From an uncultured delta proteobacterium (lineage in GTDB: Bacteria; Desulfobacterota; Binatia; UBA9968): a stretch of DNA of 64,000 nucleotides. Shown one piece after another: positions 41,775 through 49,327 of the stretch. Position 1 is the first letter of the stretch. Each line of letters opens with the position of its first letter. The notes beneath the pieces were generated by a model. It did not search any database and was not told where the DNA came from. It worked only from the letters and a program-made list of their open reading frames with translations. The DNA lies in NCBI GenBank assembly GCA_963727625.1, contig CAVSHR010000004.1:1312001-1376000 (forward strand), written 5' to 3'. A program made the position numbers and the translations under genes.

Positions 41775-42971
41775 ATGACAAAACTCGCTGACCGAACCAA
41801 ACTGATTAAGACTTCCGTCACACTGGCAATCGCCGCAAAGGCGGGCAAGCTGCGCGCCGAAGGCGTCGACGTGGTCAACTTTTCCGCCGGGGAACCTGAT
41901 TTCGACACGCCCGAACATATCAAGGCGGCGGCCATCGATGCCTTGCGCAAAGGCATGACCAAGTACACCGACGTCAAAGGCATCGAAACATTGCGCGCCG
42001 CGGTCAGCGAAAAATATCAGCGCGAGCATGGACTCGATTATCGCAAGGAGGATGTGCTGGTAAGCTGCGGCGCCAAACATTCTCTGTACAACATATTGCA
42101 AGCCGTGGTTAACCCGGGCGACGAAATAGTGATCCCGGCCCCCTACTGGGTGAGCTATTCGGATATGGCTTTGCTTGCCGGCGGCGTGCCGAAATTGATT
42201 CCATCGAACGAGGCCACCGGCTTCCGAATCAAGGCTGAACAACTCCAAGCCGCGTTGACACCGCGAACCCGGGCCTTTTTGTTGAACAGCCCGTGCAATC
42301 CCACCGGAGCAACTTACAACCGGGCGGAATTGCAAGCCATCGGAGCTGTACTCGAGAAACAGGACTGCCTGATCCTGGCCGACGATATTTACGAAAAAAT
42401 CGTTTACGACGGTTTTGAGGTTCATAACCTCGTGGCCCTCTGCCCTGCCCTGCGCGATCGCACGATTATTGTCAACGGCGTGTCCAAAACCTACGCAATG
42501 ACCGGTTGGCGCATCGGCTACGCGCTCGGACCGAGTGACGTCATCGCAGCCGGCGCGAAGATTCAAAGTCAAAGCACATCGAATCCAACTTCCATCGCCC
42601 AGGCCGCCGCCCTCGAGGCGATTCGCGGGCCTCAAGACGAGGTGGCGCGCATGGTTCGCGAGTTTCAAAAAAGGCGCGATGTGATCGTCGACAAGCTCAA
42701 CGCCATCGACGGCATTACCTGCCTCAAGCCAGAGGGCGCGTTCTACGTGTTCCCGAACTTTAGCGCGTTGCTGAACAAAACCGGCCGGGGCAAGAAGCTC
42801 AGCTCCCCCTGCGATATCGCCGACTATCTGCTTGAGGAAGCCAAAGTCGCCGGGGTGCCGGGAGAAGACTTCGGCTCCCACGAGCACATTCGTTTTTCCT
42901 ATGCGACATCGCTCGAAGACATTGAAAAGGGCTGCGAGCGCATTCGCGACGCGGTAGCGAAACTGAGCTAA
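41775..42971 (+). CDS. PLP-dependent class I aminotransferase (aspartate aminotransferase)
   Basis: GEPDFDTP, NSPCNPTG, DDIY, SKTYAMTGWRIG. Confidence 0.92.
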   Translation: MTKLADRTKLIKTSVTLAIAAKAGKLRAEGVDVVNFSAGEPDFDTPEHIKAAAIDALRKGMTKYTDVKGIETLRAAVSEKYQREHGLDYRKEDVLVSCGAKHSLYNILQAVVNPGDEIVIPAPYWVSYSDMALLAGGVPKLIPSNEATGFRIKAEQLQAALTPRTRAFLLNSPCNPTGATYNRAELQAIGAVLEKQDCLILADDIYEKIVYDGFEVHNLVALCPALRDRTIIVNGVSKTYAMTGWRIGYALGPSDVIAAGAKIQSQSTSNPTSIAQAAALEAIRGPQDEVARMVREFQKRRDVIVDKLNAIDGITCLKPEGAFYVFPNFSALLNKTGRGKKLSSPCDIADYLLEEAKVAGVPGEDFGSHEHIRFSYATSLEDIEKGCERIRDAVAKLS

Positions 42972-42983
42972 GCGACGGCCGAC

Positions 42984-43409
42984 TCAAGGTTTCGGCCGGC
43001 GGCCGGTCTTCTTGAAGAGGAAGTAGTCGCGCAAGATCTGCGCGTGATCAAATACCAGCGGTGTCGGTAATTTATTTTCACTGAACGCGCGCGCGACCTT
43101 GGCATCGTCGGCACCCCGCGGCACGCCCTCAGCGCTAGCGATGAAAACGGTCGAGACCGTATGATGGCGAGCGTCTCTGGTCGGATCGGAGTATGTATAA
43201 AACTGCTCGGTCAGTTTGACATCGAGAGAAGTTTCTTCCCTGGCTTCGCGCACCGCCGCGCTTTCGATGCTCTCGCCATAGTCGACGAATCCGCCGGGCA
43301 AGGCCCAGCCGTGGGGTGGATTTTTTCGTTCGATCAGGACGGTTTCTCCACCGGCGAGTTCGATGATGATATCGACGGTCAACAATGGATTGCGATATTT
43401 TTCGCTCAT
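42984..43409 (-). CDS. NUDIX hydrolase
   Basis: [24 protein letters not shown] Nudix box, FDH. Confidence 0.92.
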   Translation of the reverse strand: MSEKYRNPLLTVDIIIELAGGETVLIERKNPPHGWALPGGFVDYGESIESAAVREAREETSLDVKLTEQFYTYSDPTRDARHHTVSTVFIASAEGVPRGADDAKVARAFSENKLPTPLVFDHAQILRDYFLFKKTGRRPKP

Positions 43410-43470
43410 GGCGCTTCCCTACCTTGACTCCGTTGAAAGCGCAAGGTAGAAGAATAACTCAAATTCATGT

Positions 43471-43547
43471 CGCGGGGTGGAGCAGTCTGGTAGCTCGCAA
43501 GGCTCATAACCTTGAGGTCCCGGGTTCAAATCCCGGCCCCGCAACCA
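43471..43547 (+). tRNA. tRNA-fMet (CAT), initiator
   Basis: 77-nt cloverleaf, anticodon arm CAAGG-CTCATAA-CCTTG, GTTCAAATC T-loop, encoded CCA, C1xA72 mismatch typical of bacterial initiators. Confidence 0.95.
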
Positions 43548-44607
43548 ATTCTTTCAAGGCTTTATCAACCAACGGTTCGAAAACGGTTTGATCGAGCTTC
43601 AGTCCTAGGGTCCCGCAGTAGTCCGCCTGTATCATCGCCAACGACGTTCCGCAGTATTGAGCTACGGAAAGCGGATTTTCACCCCGCTTGATTGCTTCCG
43701 TTATGAACGTGTGCCGAGTCGCGTAGAATTTTCGATGCCTAATCCCGATTTTCTTTAACGCACCGCCCCAATTGTGCTCACTCCATTTCCTCGCGTTCAT
43801 CGGTTCCCCGTTCTTGTTCACAAAGAGATGCTTAAGCCCGAGCTGGCACGAAGGAAGGATTTCCAGAACCCTTAAAACGGGCTTCCCGAACTGAATCGTC
43901 CTAGCACTGCCAAAGGTTTTAGGCCCCGACTCGCTGCCCATATATCTCGATTTGCTTATCGCTATCGTCTGCCGCTCCAAGTCTACATCGGCCCAGGCAA
44001 GCGCGGAGGCTTCAGACGGTCGCATTCCGGTATGGAACAACGTAAAGACCCAAGGGAAATAAAAGAAGTCGCTCGCAGCCCAATACGCCACAATCCTGTC
44101 CCTTTCTTCTGCCGTGAACGGATCAGGCTTGGCCCGCTGGTTGGATGGCCATCGAATATCGATAAATGGATCTCTCCCCATCAACTCCTCAAGTTCTGCC
44201 CTAGCATCTCGATAAAGCGCTCTAAATGAGCCGTCAATGACATTCCTCACAGTTTTGACACTAAGACCTTGCCGTAACAGCTGCATCCTGAATTCGGTCA
44301 ATTCGCCCGTACCAATGGCCAACAGACGCCTACTTTTGAATTTGGGCAGAATATACGCCCGAAAATGCTGGCTGTAGTCCCGAACCCGCGACCGTCTAAA
44401 CAAGGGCTCAATCTTGGTATTGATCCACGAATCGAAGTACTCCTGGACCGTCGGAGTTGGGGTTAATCCGTACGTGCCCTGGATGTACTGCTCAAGACGA
44501 TGCTGGGCTAATCCCTTTTTCGTCGTCTTAAGCGACTTCATCAGGCTTCCGTCGATCAGGTACCACATAGAGCCGCGGTCCTTACGTTGTTTTAGGTGTG
44601 GGGGCAA
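43504..44607 (-). CDS. Tyrosine recombinase/integrase (phage-type, not IntI); 3' end overlaps the tRNA
   Basis: HTGMRPSEA, PKT, FYATRHTF (YxxRH variant of HxxRH), terminal catalytic Tyr in MIQADY. The last codons (LVAGPGFEPGTSRL) are antisense tRNA sequence. Confidence 0.92.
   Translation of the reverse strand: MPPHLKQRKDRGSMWYLIDGSLMKSLKTTKKGLAQHRLEQYIQGTYGLTPTPTVQEYFDSWINTKIEPLFRRSRVRDYSQHFRAYILPKFKSRRLLAIGTGELTEFRMQLLRQGLSVKTVRNVIDGSFRALYRDARAELEELMGRDPFIDIRWPSNQRAKPDPFTAEERDRIVAYWAASDFFYFPWVFTLFHTGMRPSEASALAWADVDLERQTIAISKSRYMGSESGPKTFGSARTIQFGKPVLRVLEILPSCQLGLKHLFVNKNGEPMNARKWSEHNWGGALKKIGIRHRKFYATRHTFITEAIKRGENPLSVAQYCGTSLAMIQADYCGTLGLKLDQTVFEPLVDKALKELVAGPGFEPGTSRL
43525..43548 (+). 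repeat. attL core
   Basis: TTCAAATCCCGGCCCCGCAACCAA, identical to 49046-49069. Confidence 0.9.
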
Positions 44608-44803
44608 TTACGGCCTCCTGAAAGGGAATCTGTAATCCGTCTACAACGCGGTAAAGGGCATCGATCCGTCGCGGAGCTTCGCCCCGCAATATCTTAGCCA
44701 GGGTTTTGTTATTAACTCCACAAAGGGCACAAACGTCAACGACCTTAAGCTGCTTGGCGGCCATCGCCTGAAGGATGCGGGGAACGTTGATCGAGACGTT
44801 CAT
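44582..44803 (-). CDS. Small HTH (XRE/Cro-like) protein, possible regulator or excisionase
   Basis: 73 aa, 'VVDVCALCGVNNKTLAKILRG' HTH pattern; overlaps the integrase start. Confidence 0.7.
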   Translation of the reverse strand: MNVSINVPRILQAMAAKQLKVVDVCALCGVNNKTLAKILRGEAPRRIDALYRVVDGLQIPFQEAVIAPTPKTT

Positions 44804-44819
44804 AGACCCAGCCTAAAGG

Positions 44820-45086
44820 CTAACTAGCCTTTTTCCACCCCGTGACTATTTTCCTCAGTCCAGGTTCCCGCAGTTTTTCCATGGTCTCTTGGACGGTATC
44901 AACCACACCCTTTGCAAGGCTTTTTAGGCCATAGCGATTGACGGTTATCGCTAAATACAACAACGTGGCCGCCCGCAGGAATTCGCTAACTTTCATGTCA
45001 AGTTTTTCGGCAGCCTCTTCAAAGGCTTTTTTATCCTGCGCCGACACTCTAACCATGATCACTTCACTGCGGTCTTGTTTTTCCAT
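44820..45086 (-). CDS. Ribbon-helix-helix DNA-binding protein
   Basis: RSEVIMVRVSAQDKKAFEEAAEKLDMKVSEFLR strand-helix-helix pattern; RBS GAGGAGG. Confidence 0.75.
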   Translation of the reverse strand: MEKQDRSEVIMVRVSAQDKKAFEEAAEKLDMKVSEFLRAATLLYLAITVNRYGLKSLAKGVVDTVQETMEKLREPGLRKIVTGWKKAS

Positions 45087-45241
45087 AGCGCCTCCTCACG
45101 AGTAGATTGTGTATATCATTATAGCTCAGAGTATGTCAAGCGCTACTTTGACCGTATATAACAAGTGAACCGGAAAATAACCCGCCTATAGTTAGGGAGA
45201 TAACCCGCCGCCCCGGTCGGCTTTTGCCGGAGAAGTTTACG

Positions 45242-45270
45242 TTGACAAAACGGGCTAGTTACACGATATT
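45242..45270 (+). promoter_or_regulatory. Pc-like sigma70 promoter facing the cassette array
   Basis: TTGACA-N17-GATATT, about 90 bp upstream of the first GTTRRRY core. Confidence 0.55.
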
Positions 45271-45324
45271 TTAAACGATTCCGATTCTATCGTCGAAACC
45301 GCCGCAGGAGATAAGCCGACCGGG

Positions 45325-45362
45325 ATTTCCCGCGGCTACTGCGGGTCACTTATTAGTTAGGC
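45325..45362 (+). other. Putative attI-like site / first cassette junction
   Basis: Core GTTAGGC at 45356-45362 complements the R'' of cassette 1; no standard attC precedes it. Confidence 0.5.
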
Positions 45363-45370
45363 CAACAACA

Positions 45371-46089
45371 ATGGTTTATTCCATCCCAATTGCCATCATA
45401 CTTTTCGGAATCATTCTCATTGCTCCGACGGTCGACGAGTCAAGGTACGCAGATCCAAGTTGGCGTTGGGAATTCGAGACCGCGGACGTGTCGCGACCTT
45501 TCCGGCGATCTGTCCCGGAAATTCTACGAAGCACAGGCTAACAATTTGACTCCAGCCGCCATACGCTCGGACCATGGTGCCGCGGTAATCAGTCTCGGAG
45601 TGTCGATTGCTGCTCTCTTTCTGATGCTTCGACTTCGAACGTTTCGAGATCTGTTTCATTTAGGGACACTAGCAACTCGGCGAGGAATGTTCTGGATGGC
45701 AACCGCAGCATGGTGGGGTTGGGTTCCGGCACAGTTGCTGTGGCTGCAATATACACTTGAGCGTGGAGACTATCCGTGGTGGGCGGACAATATTGCAATC
45801 CCAATCGCAGAGGAGCGTGTTCTTTTGTGTGCTTGGTTTTCCCTTTGTGCTATGCGGTTGGTATCTCTCAACGCGCGGAGTGAGACTGCCGGTCGCCGTT
45901 TTACAAGTTCCACGGGGCTCCAAGGGTGTGGTGGCCACGGCGTTTTTAATGGTACTCCTTTCATGGTTTGTGCTCGCAGGCGTTCGGGCCTTTGGGGAAG
46001 GTGACGTGTTCACAATTCCAGTATCGGTTGTCGGGGTTTATGCAAGTGTTGCTCTCTGGGCAGCGGCGTGTGCACCGCGAGTGGCCTAA
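45371..46089 (+). pseudogene. Cassette 1: hypothetical membrane protein, two frameshifts
   Basis: ATG 9 bp after the core site. Hydrophobic pieces in three frames (MVYSIPIAIILFGIILIA / ...ERGDYPWWADNIAIP / FFCVLGFPF...APRVA*); the stop lies within R''. Confidence 0.65.
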
Positions 46090-46164
46090 CAAACGGCTTG
46101 AAACGGATCGTCGGACCGGCTCGCTGCGCTCGCTGGCCTTGTCCGTTCAGCCGTAGCGTTAGAT
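46084..46164 (+). other. attC site 1 (81 bp)
   Basis: GCCTAAC...GTTAGAT; CGGCTTGAAACGGA pairs with TCCGTTCAGCCG with extrahelical bases. Confidence 0.88.
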
Positions 46165-46178
46165 TTCAAAGGAAGCTT

Positions 46179-46803
46179 ATGACCAACTACTTTTGTCAAC
46201 TCGAGAATCAACTTCCGGCCATACAGAGCTTATCTTCTTCTGAAGGAGTAAAGGGCTTTTTTGGCCAGGAAGTGCTCCGCTTCCACTCAATTGCCGGGAC
46301 CTTGCTTGCCAACTTTTGCCTCGATGGTGGCGCCAGCGTTGATGAGCGCTACATTACGCACATCCTTGCCCGATCGTTATTGGAAAACTATTTCTGGCTC
46401 ATCTACCTGTTCGATGATCCCGCCCAAGCAGAAATTCGATATCAGCACCTGACGAACTCCTTCAAACGGGATTACTTGAAGCTAATGAATGAAGACCGGC
46501 TCCCCCAGAAGGATCAGCTCGAACCCGCAGATCCGGCTCTGGGCGAGCTGGCAGCGCGCACCCGATGTAAACAGCATGCTCGCGCAAGTGACGAACGACT
46601 ACGGAGACCGCCTTAATTACCTGTATTTCATTTACCGGATTACCAGCTTCGATACGCACGGTAAGAATTTAGGCACAGTTCTCCAGACCGTGTTCGGCAA
46701 AACATGCAATTTTCCGGTGCTTGATCTCAAGCACGTTATTGAGCTTGTTGCCAATCAATACCTTGTTATCCTCGATGGGCTCCGAAATGATCATGAAATC
46801 TAA
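46179..46803 (+). pseudogene. Cassette 2: DUF5677/HEPN-like helical protein, one frameshift near 46535
   Basis: LARSLLENY block, and YRITSFDTHG (R-X6-H) block in the second frame; the stop lies within R''. Confidence 0.6.
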
Positions 46804-46882
46804 CCGCCGCTTGAGCCGACGCCGAGCGTTGTGAGTTAATGAAGCTTTTCTGCTGTAGCGGCTCAGCGGCATGGCGTTAGCT
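46798..46882 (+). other. attC site 2 (85 bp)
   Basis: ATCTAAC...GTTAGCT; CCGCTTGAGCCG pairs with CGGCTCAGCGG. Confidence 0.85.
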
Positions 46883-46890
46883 AGCACTGC

Positions 46891-47587
46891 ATGATCACAT
46901 CGAATGTCATTCATCGCGTCTTTCGCATCCGGCACGGAGCTTCGGAGGCGACGGCGTTCACGTTAGAACTAGACGAGAGGGAGTATCTCGTCACGGCGAA
47001 GCACGTGGTCAAAGACTTGACGAACGAGCAAACGATCGACGTTTTCGGAAATGGAGCTTGGCAGCCAAGGGAAGCGACGCTTGTCGGTCACGCGGTTGGA
47101 GACCGCGACATTTCGGTCCTGGCTTTTAAGACCGTTCTGACGCCTCCGGGCCTGCCGATGCCGGCGACAAGCAAGGGTGTGATCTATGGTCAAGATGTGT
47201 TCTTTCTCGGATTCCCCTACGGCTTTGTCGGTCATTACGCATTCGGTCCGGCAAGGCTTTCCGCTACCTTTTGTGAAGAAGGCAATCGTCTCATTGCTCG
47301 ACCGAGACACCTTTCTGCTTGATGGTCACAATAACCCAGGCTTCTCGGGTGGGCCGGTCGTTTTCAGGGAAGCCGGAAAAGTAGACCTGAATGTCTTTGC
47401 AGTCGTTTCAGGATTCCAGGCAGTTAACGAGCCGGTCTACGTTGGTGACAGTCCCGTATACGCCGGCGCTGGCGAGCCCGTTGTCTTCAGGTACAACACC
47501 GGAATCATCGTAACGTGGAGTGTCGATTTCGCTGTGGAACTCATCAAGGCGAACCCGATCGGCGCGATGAGAAACGGTGCTGGCTAA
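46891..47587 (+). pseudogene. Cassette 3: trypsin-like serine protease, one frameshift near 47250
   Basis: LVTAKHVV, DISVL, FLGFPYG in frame 1; NNPGFSGGPV in frame 2; the stop lies within R''. Confidence 0.75.
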
Positions 47588-47631
47588 CCAATGGGGTGAG
47601 ACCGGCAGGCAGCTCACCCAGAACGTTATGC
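47582..47631 (+). other. attC site 3 (50 bp, unusually short)
   Basis: GGCTAAC...GTTATGC; TGGGGTGAG pairs with CTCACCCA leaving one bulged base. Confidence 0.7.
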
Positions 47632-47889
47632 CGTAACCACGCAAGGCCGTGCCGTATGTTCCAGCGTGCCTTACGCCATTCACAGCGACGTTCACGTGCC
47701 TTGCAGTGTTCTGCCACCTTGAACCTTTTTTCGGAGATCCGAAAACCCCGAACGCTAGTAAGGGGTTTTCGAAGGGATTCAAGTCATGAGCCCCAGTGCC
47801 ACGCCGGAGCAGCGCGCCGGAATCCGCCGCCCTGCTCCGCCTGTCAATGAACACGAACGGAGAAAAGCGGATTAGTCGACTTTGTAATG

Positions 47890-48096
47890 TCACAACCCCG
47901 CTCCAGGAGACATTGAGCGAAACTCATTGACGATGCCCGGTGACCCCATCATGAGAGTCACTTCACAACACACACAGTACATTTCCAGTTCGCCCTCAAA
48001 GTCCGGTATCAATTGAACCCTAATCTTGTGGCCGCGACTCCCGTGACTTACTAGACTACGAAATGAGCCGTTGAACATCTTTTGAACTTTCACCAC
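47890..48096 (-). CDS. Small hypothetical protein of the element
   Basis: 68 aa with GAGGTG RBS and a CVCC motif, downstream of rep on the same strand. Confidence 0.5.
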   Translation of the reverse strand: MVKVQKMFNGSFRSLVSHGSRGHKIRVQLIPDFEGELEMYCVCCEVTLMMGSPGIVNEFRSMSPGAGL

Positions 48097-48201
48097 TCAC
48101 CTCTCGAAATTTTCTTCCACATTTGCCTTTAAACGAACGATCTCACGTTAACCCTTGTCTGAACCCTCGCCCTTTACAGAGGCGCACCACTATTGTAAAG
48201 C

Positions 48202-48894
48202 TCAGAACAGCTCAACTATTTGACGCTCTCGTACATCGAGCAGCCTTCCTCCAAACACCGTCGAGCCCTCATTCAATAACTCTTCCCACGCAACAAGCAG
48301 ATCTTGAAAAGTGACCTCTGGCACTTCACGATCAAACTTGTAAGCGTAATGCACGTCATGGCGAACCAATCTCAACATGCGAACCATAAACTTCCAGCCT
48401 TTACCTATGGCAAATCTTGCACGCTTCCAGCTCCAGGACATCCTCACCAGTGCCCCCCGCTGATCGGCCAGGTATTGAAGAGCGAAATATCTCCCAACGC
48501 GACGAATTGAATTCTTCCCCAGATTCATCCGCTGAATATAAACAATGTACGCTCCGTGAATGACGTCCCACTGTTCGGAAAGCCAACCTTGATCGATGAT
48601 GAACGTCCGATCGCCAGCCCAGGCCCAAACCATGTGGAGAACTCCATTGCCCTCCGAGGTTTCCACCACGAACGTTTCGACTCCTTTGTAACCGAGGTCA
48701 CGTTCAACTCGCCGGCGAAGCTCTTGGAGATGGCGACGCAGGAGATGAGCCGGACCATTATCAGCAGTGGTTAGATCGATCCTCGAAATCTGACAATTAC
48801 GAGATTTTGCTTCGTAGCACCAACTTATAAGCCGGTTAAATACTCGCTTCTGTTGTTTTGTCCACGGCTTAAAATCACCCTTAGAATTCACCAC
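48202..48894 (-). CDS. Putative HUH-superfamily rolling-circle replication initiator
   Basis: Ordered motif 1 (RIDLTT), motif 2 (E..EGNGVLHMVW, only one His) and motif 3 (RYFALQYL), plus a 'WLSEQW' block; RBS AAGGAGG. Confidence 0.62.
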   Translation of the reverse strand: MVNSKGDFKPWTKQQKRVFNRLISWCYEAKSRNCQISRIDLTTADNGPAHLLRRHLQELRRRVERDLGYKGVETFVVETSEGNGVLHMVWAWAGDRTFIIDQGWLSEQWDVIHGAYIVYIQRMNLGKNSIRRVGRYFALQYLADQRGALVRMSWSWKRARFAIGKGWKFMVRMLRLVRHDVHYAYKFDREVPEVTFQDLLVAWEELLNEGSTVFGGRLLDVRERQIVELF

Positions 48895-49045
48895 AAAACC
48901 TCCTTTGCACGACAGCCAACGGTTTGATTTTGGTTAGATCAAGGGTAGCCATAGGCAGCCTTTAGGCGCTTTTCCGCTTTCGTAACTTGTTGATTTGTTG
49001 AGAACTTAGCAGTTGCAGACTGTTAACAGCAGACGCTTCGGCGGA

Positions 49046-49069
49046 TTCAAATCCCGGCCCCGCAACCAA
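49046..49069 (+). repeat. attR core
   Basis: TTCAAATCCCGGCCCCGCAACCAA, a duplicate of the tRNA 3' end. Confidence 0.9.
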
Positions 49070-49275
49070 CTTTTCCGAATAGTTAGAATACCCGCTGTGC
49101 CGATTTTGAGCGATGTTGAGCCCCTGCCGCGCGCAATAGTTCGCCTCGATCATCGCCACGCTGGTTCCTACGTAATCTGCAATCGCCTTTAGATTGTGCC
49201 CTGCCCTTACCAGCTCGGTGATGGTCGTATGCCGGCAAGCGTAGAATTTGCGGTGCCGGATGCCGAGCTTTTTCA
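49070..49275 (-). pseudogene. C-terminal relic of a second, related tyrosine integrase
   Basis: LKKLGIRHRKFYACRHTTITE...GTSVAMIEANYC vs the intact LKKIGIRHRKFYATRHTFITE...GTSLAMIQADYC. Confidence 0.85.
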
Positions 49276-49327
49276 GTTGAGAACTTAGCAGTTGCAGACT
49301 GTTAACAGCAGACGCTTCGGCGGATTC

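Larger units (their letters stand above)
43525..49069. mobile_element. ~5.5 kb tRNA-fMet-integrated element (tyrosine integrase + putative RCR Rep + integron cassette array)
   Basis: 24-bp direct repeat of the tRNA 3' end at both borders, integrase at the left end, Rep-like gene at the right end, visibly more AT-rich than the flanks. Confidence 0.88.
48997..49327 (+). repeat. Perfect 52-bp direct repeat (48997-49048 and 49276-49327)
   Basis: GTTGAGAACTTAGCAGTTGCAGACTGTTAACAGCAGACGCTTCGGCGGATTC occurs twice. Confidence 0.92.

Noticed and set aside
41730-42887. 385-aa antisense ORF (representative of many shadow ORFs in the track)
   Set aside because: It fully overlaps the well-supported aminotransferase; long antisense frames are expected in GC-rich coding DNA.
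43504-44607. Integrase as an integron integrase (IntI)
   Set aside because: It lacks the IntI-type HTLRHSFATHLL / QELLGH blocks and any evident IntI-specific insertion. It overlaps the tRNA att site and is separated from the array by two genes.
47408-47893. 161-aa minus-strand ORF
   Set aside because: It runs antisense across attC3, the protease cassette and the hairpin region, with no recognisable motifs.
43525-49069. Filamentous prophage or phage satellite
   Set aside because: No Zot-like ATPase, coat-protein-like ORFs, primase or packaging genes were recognised.
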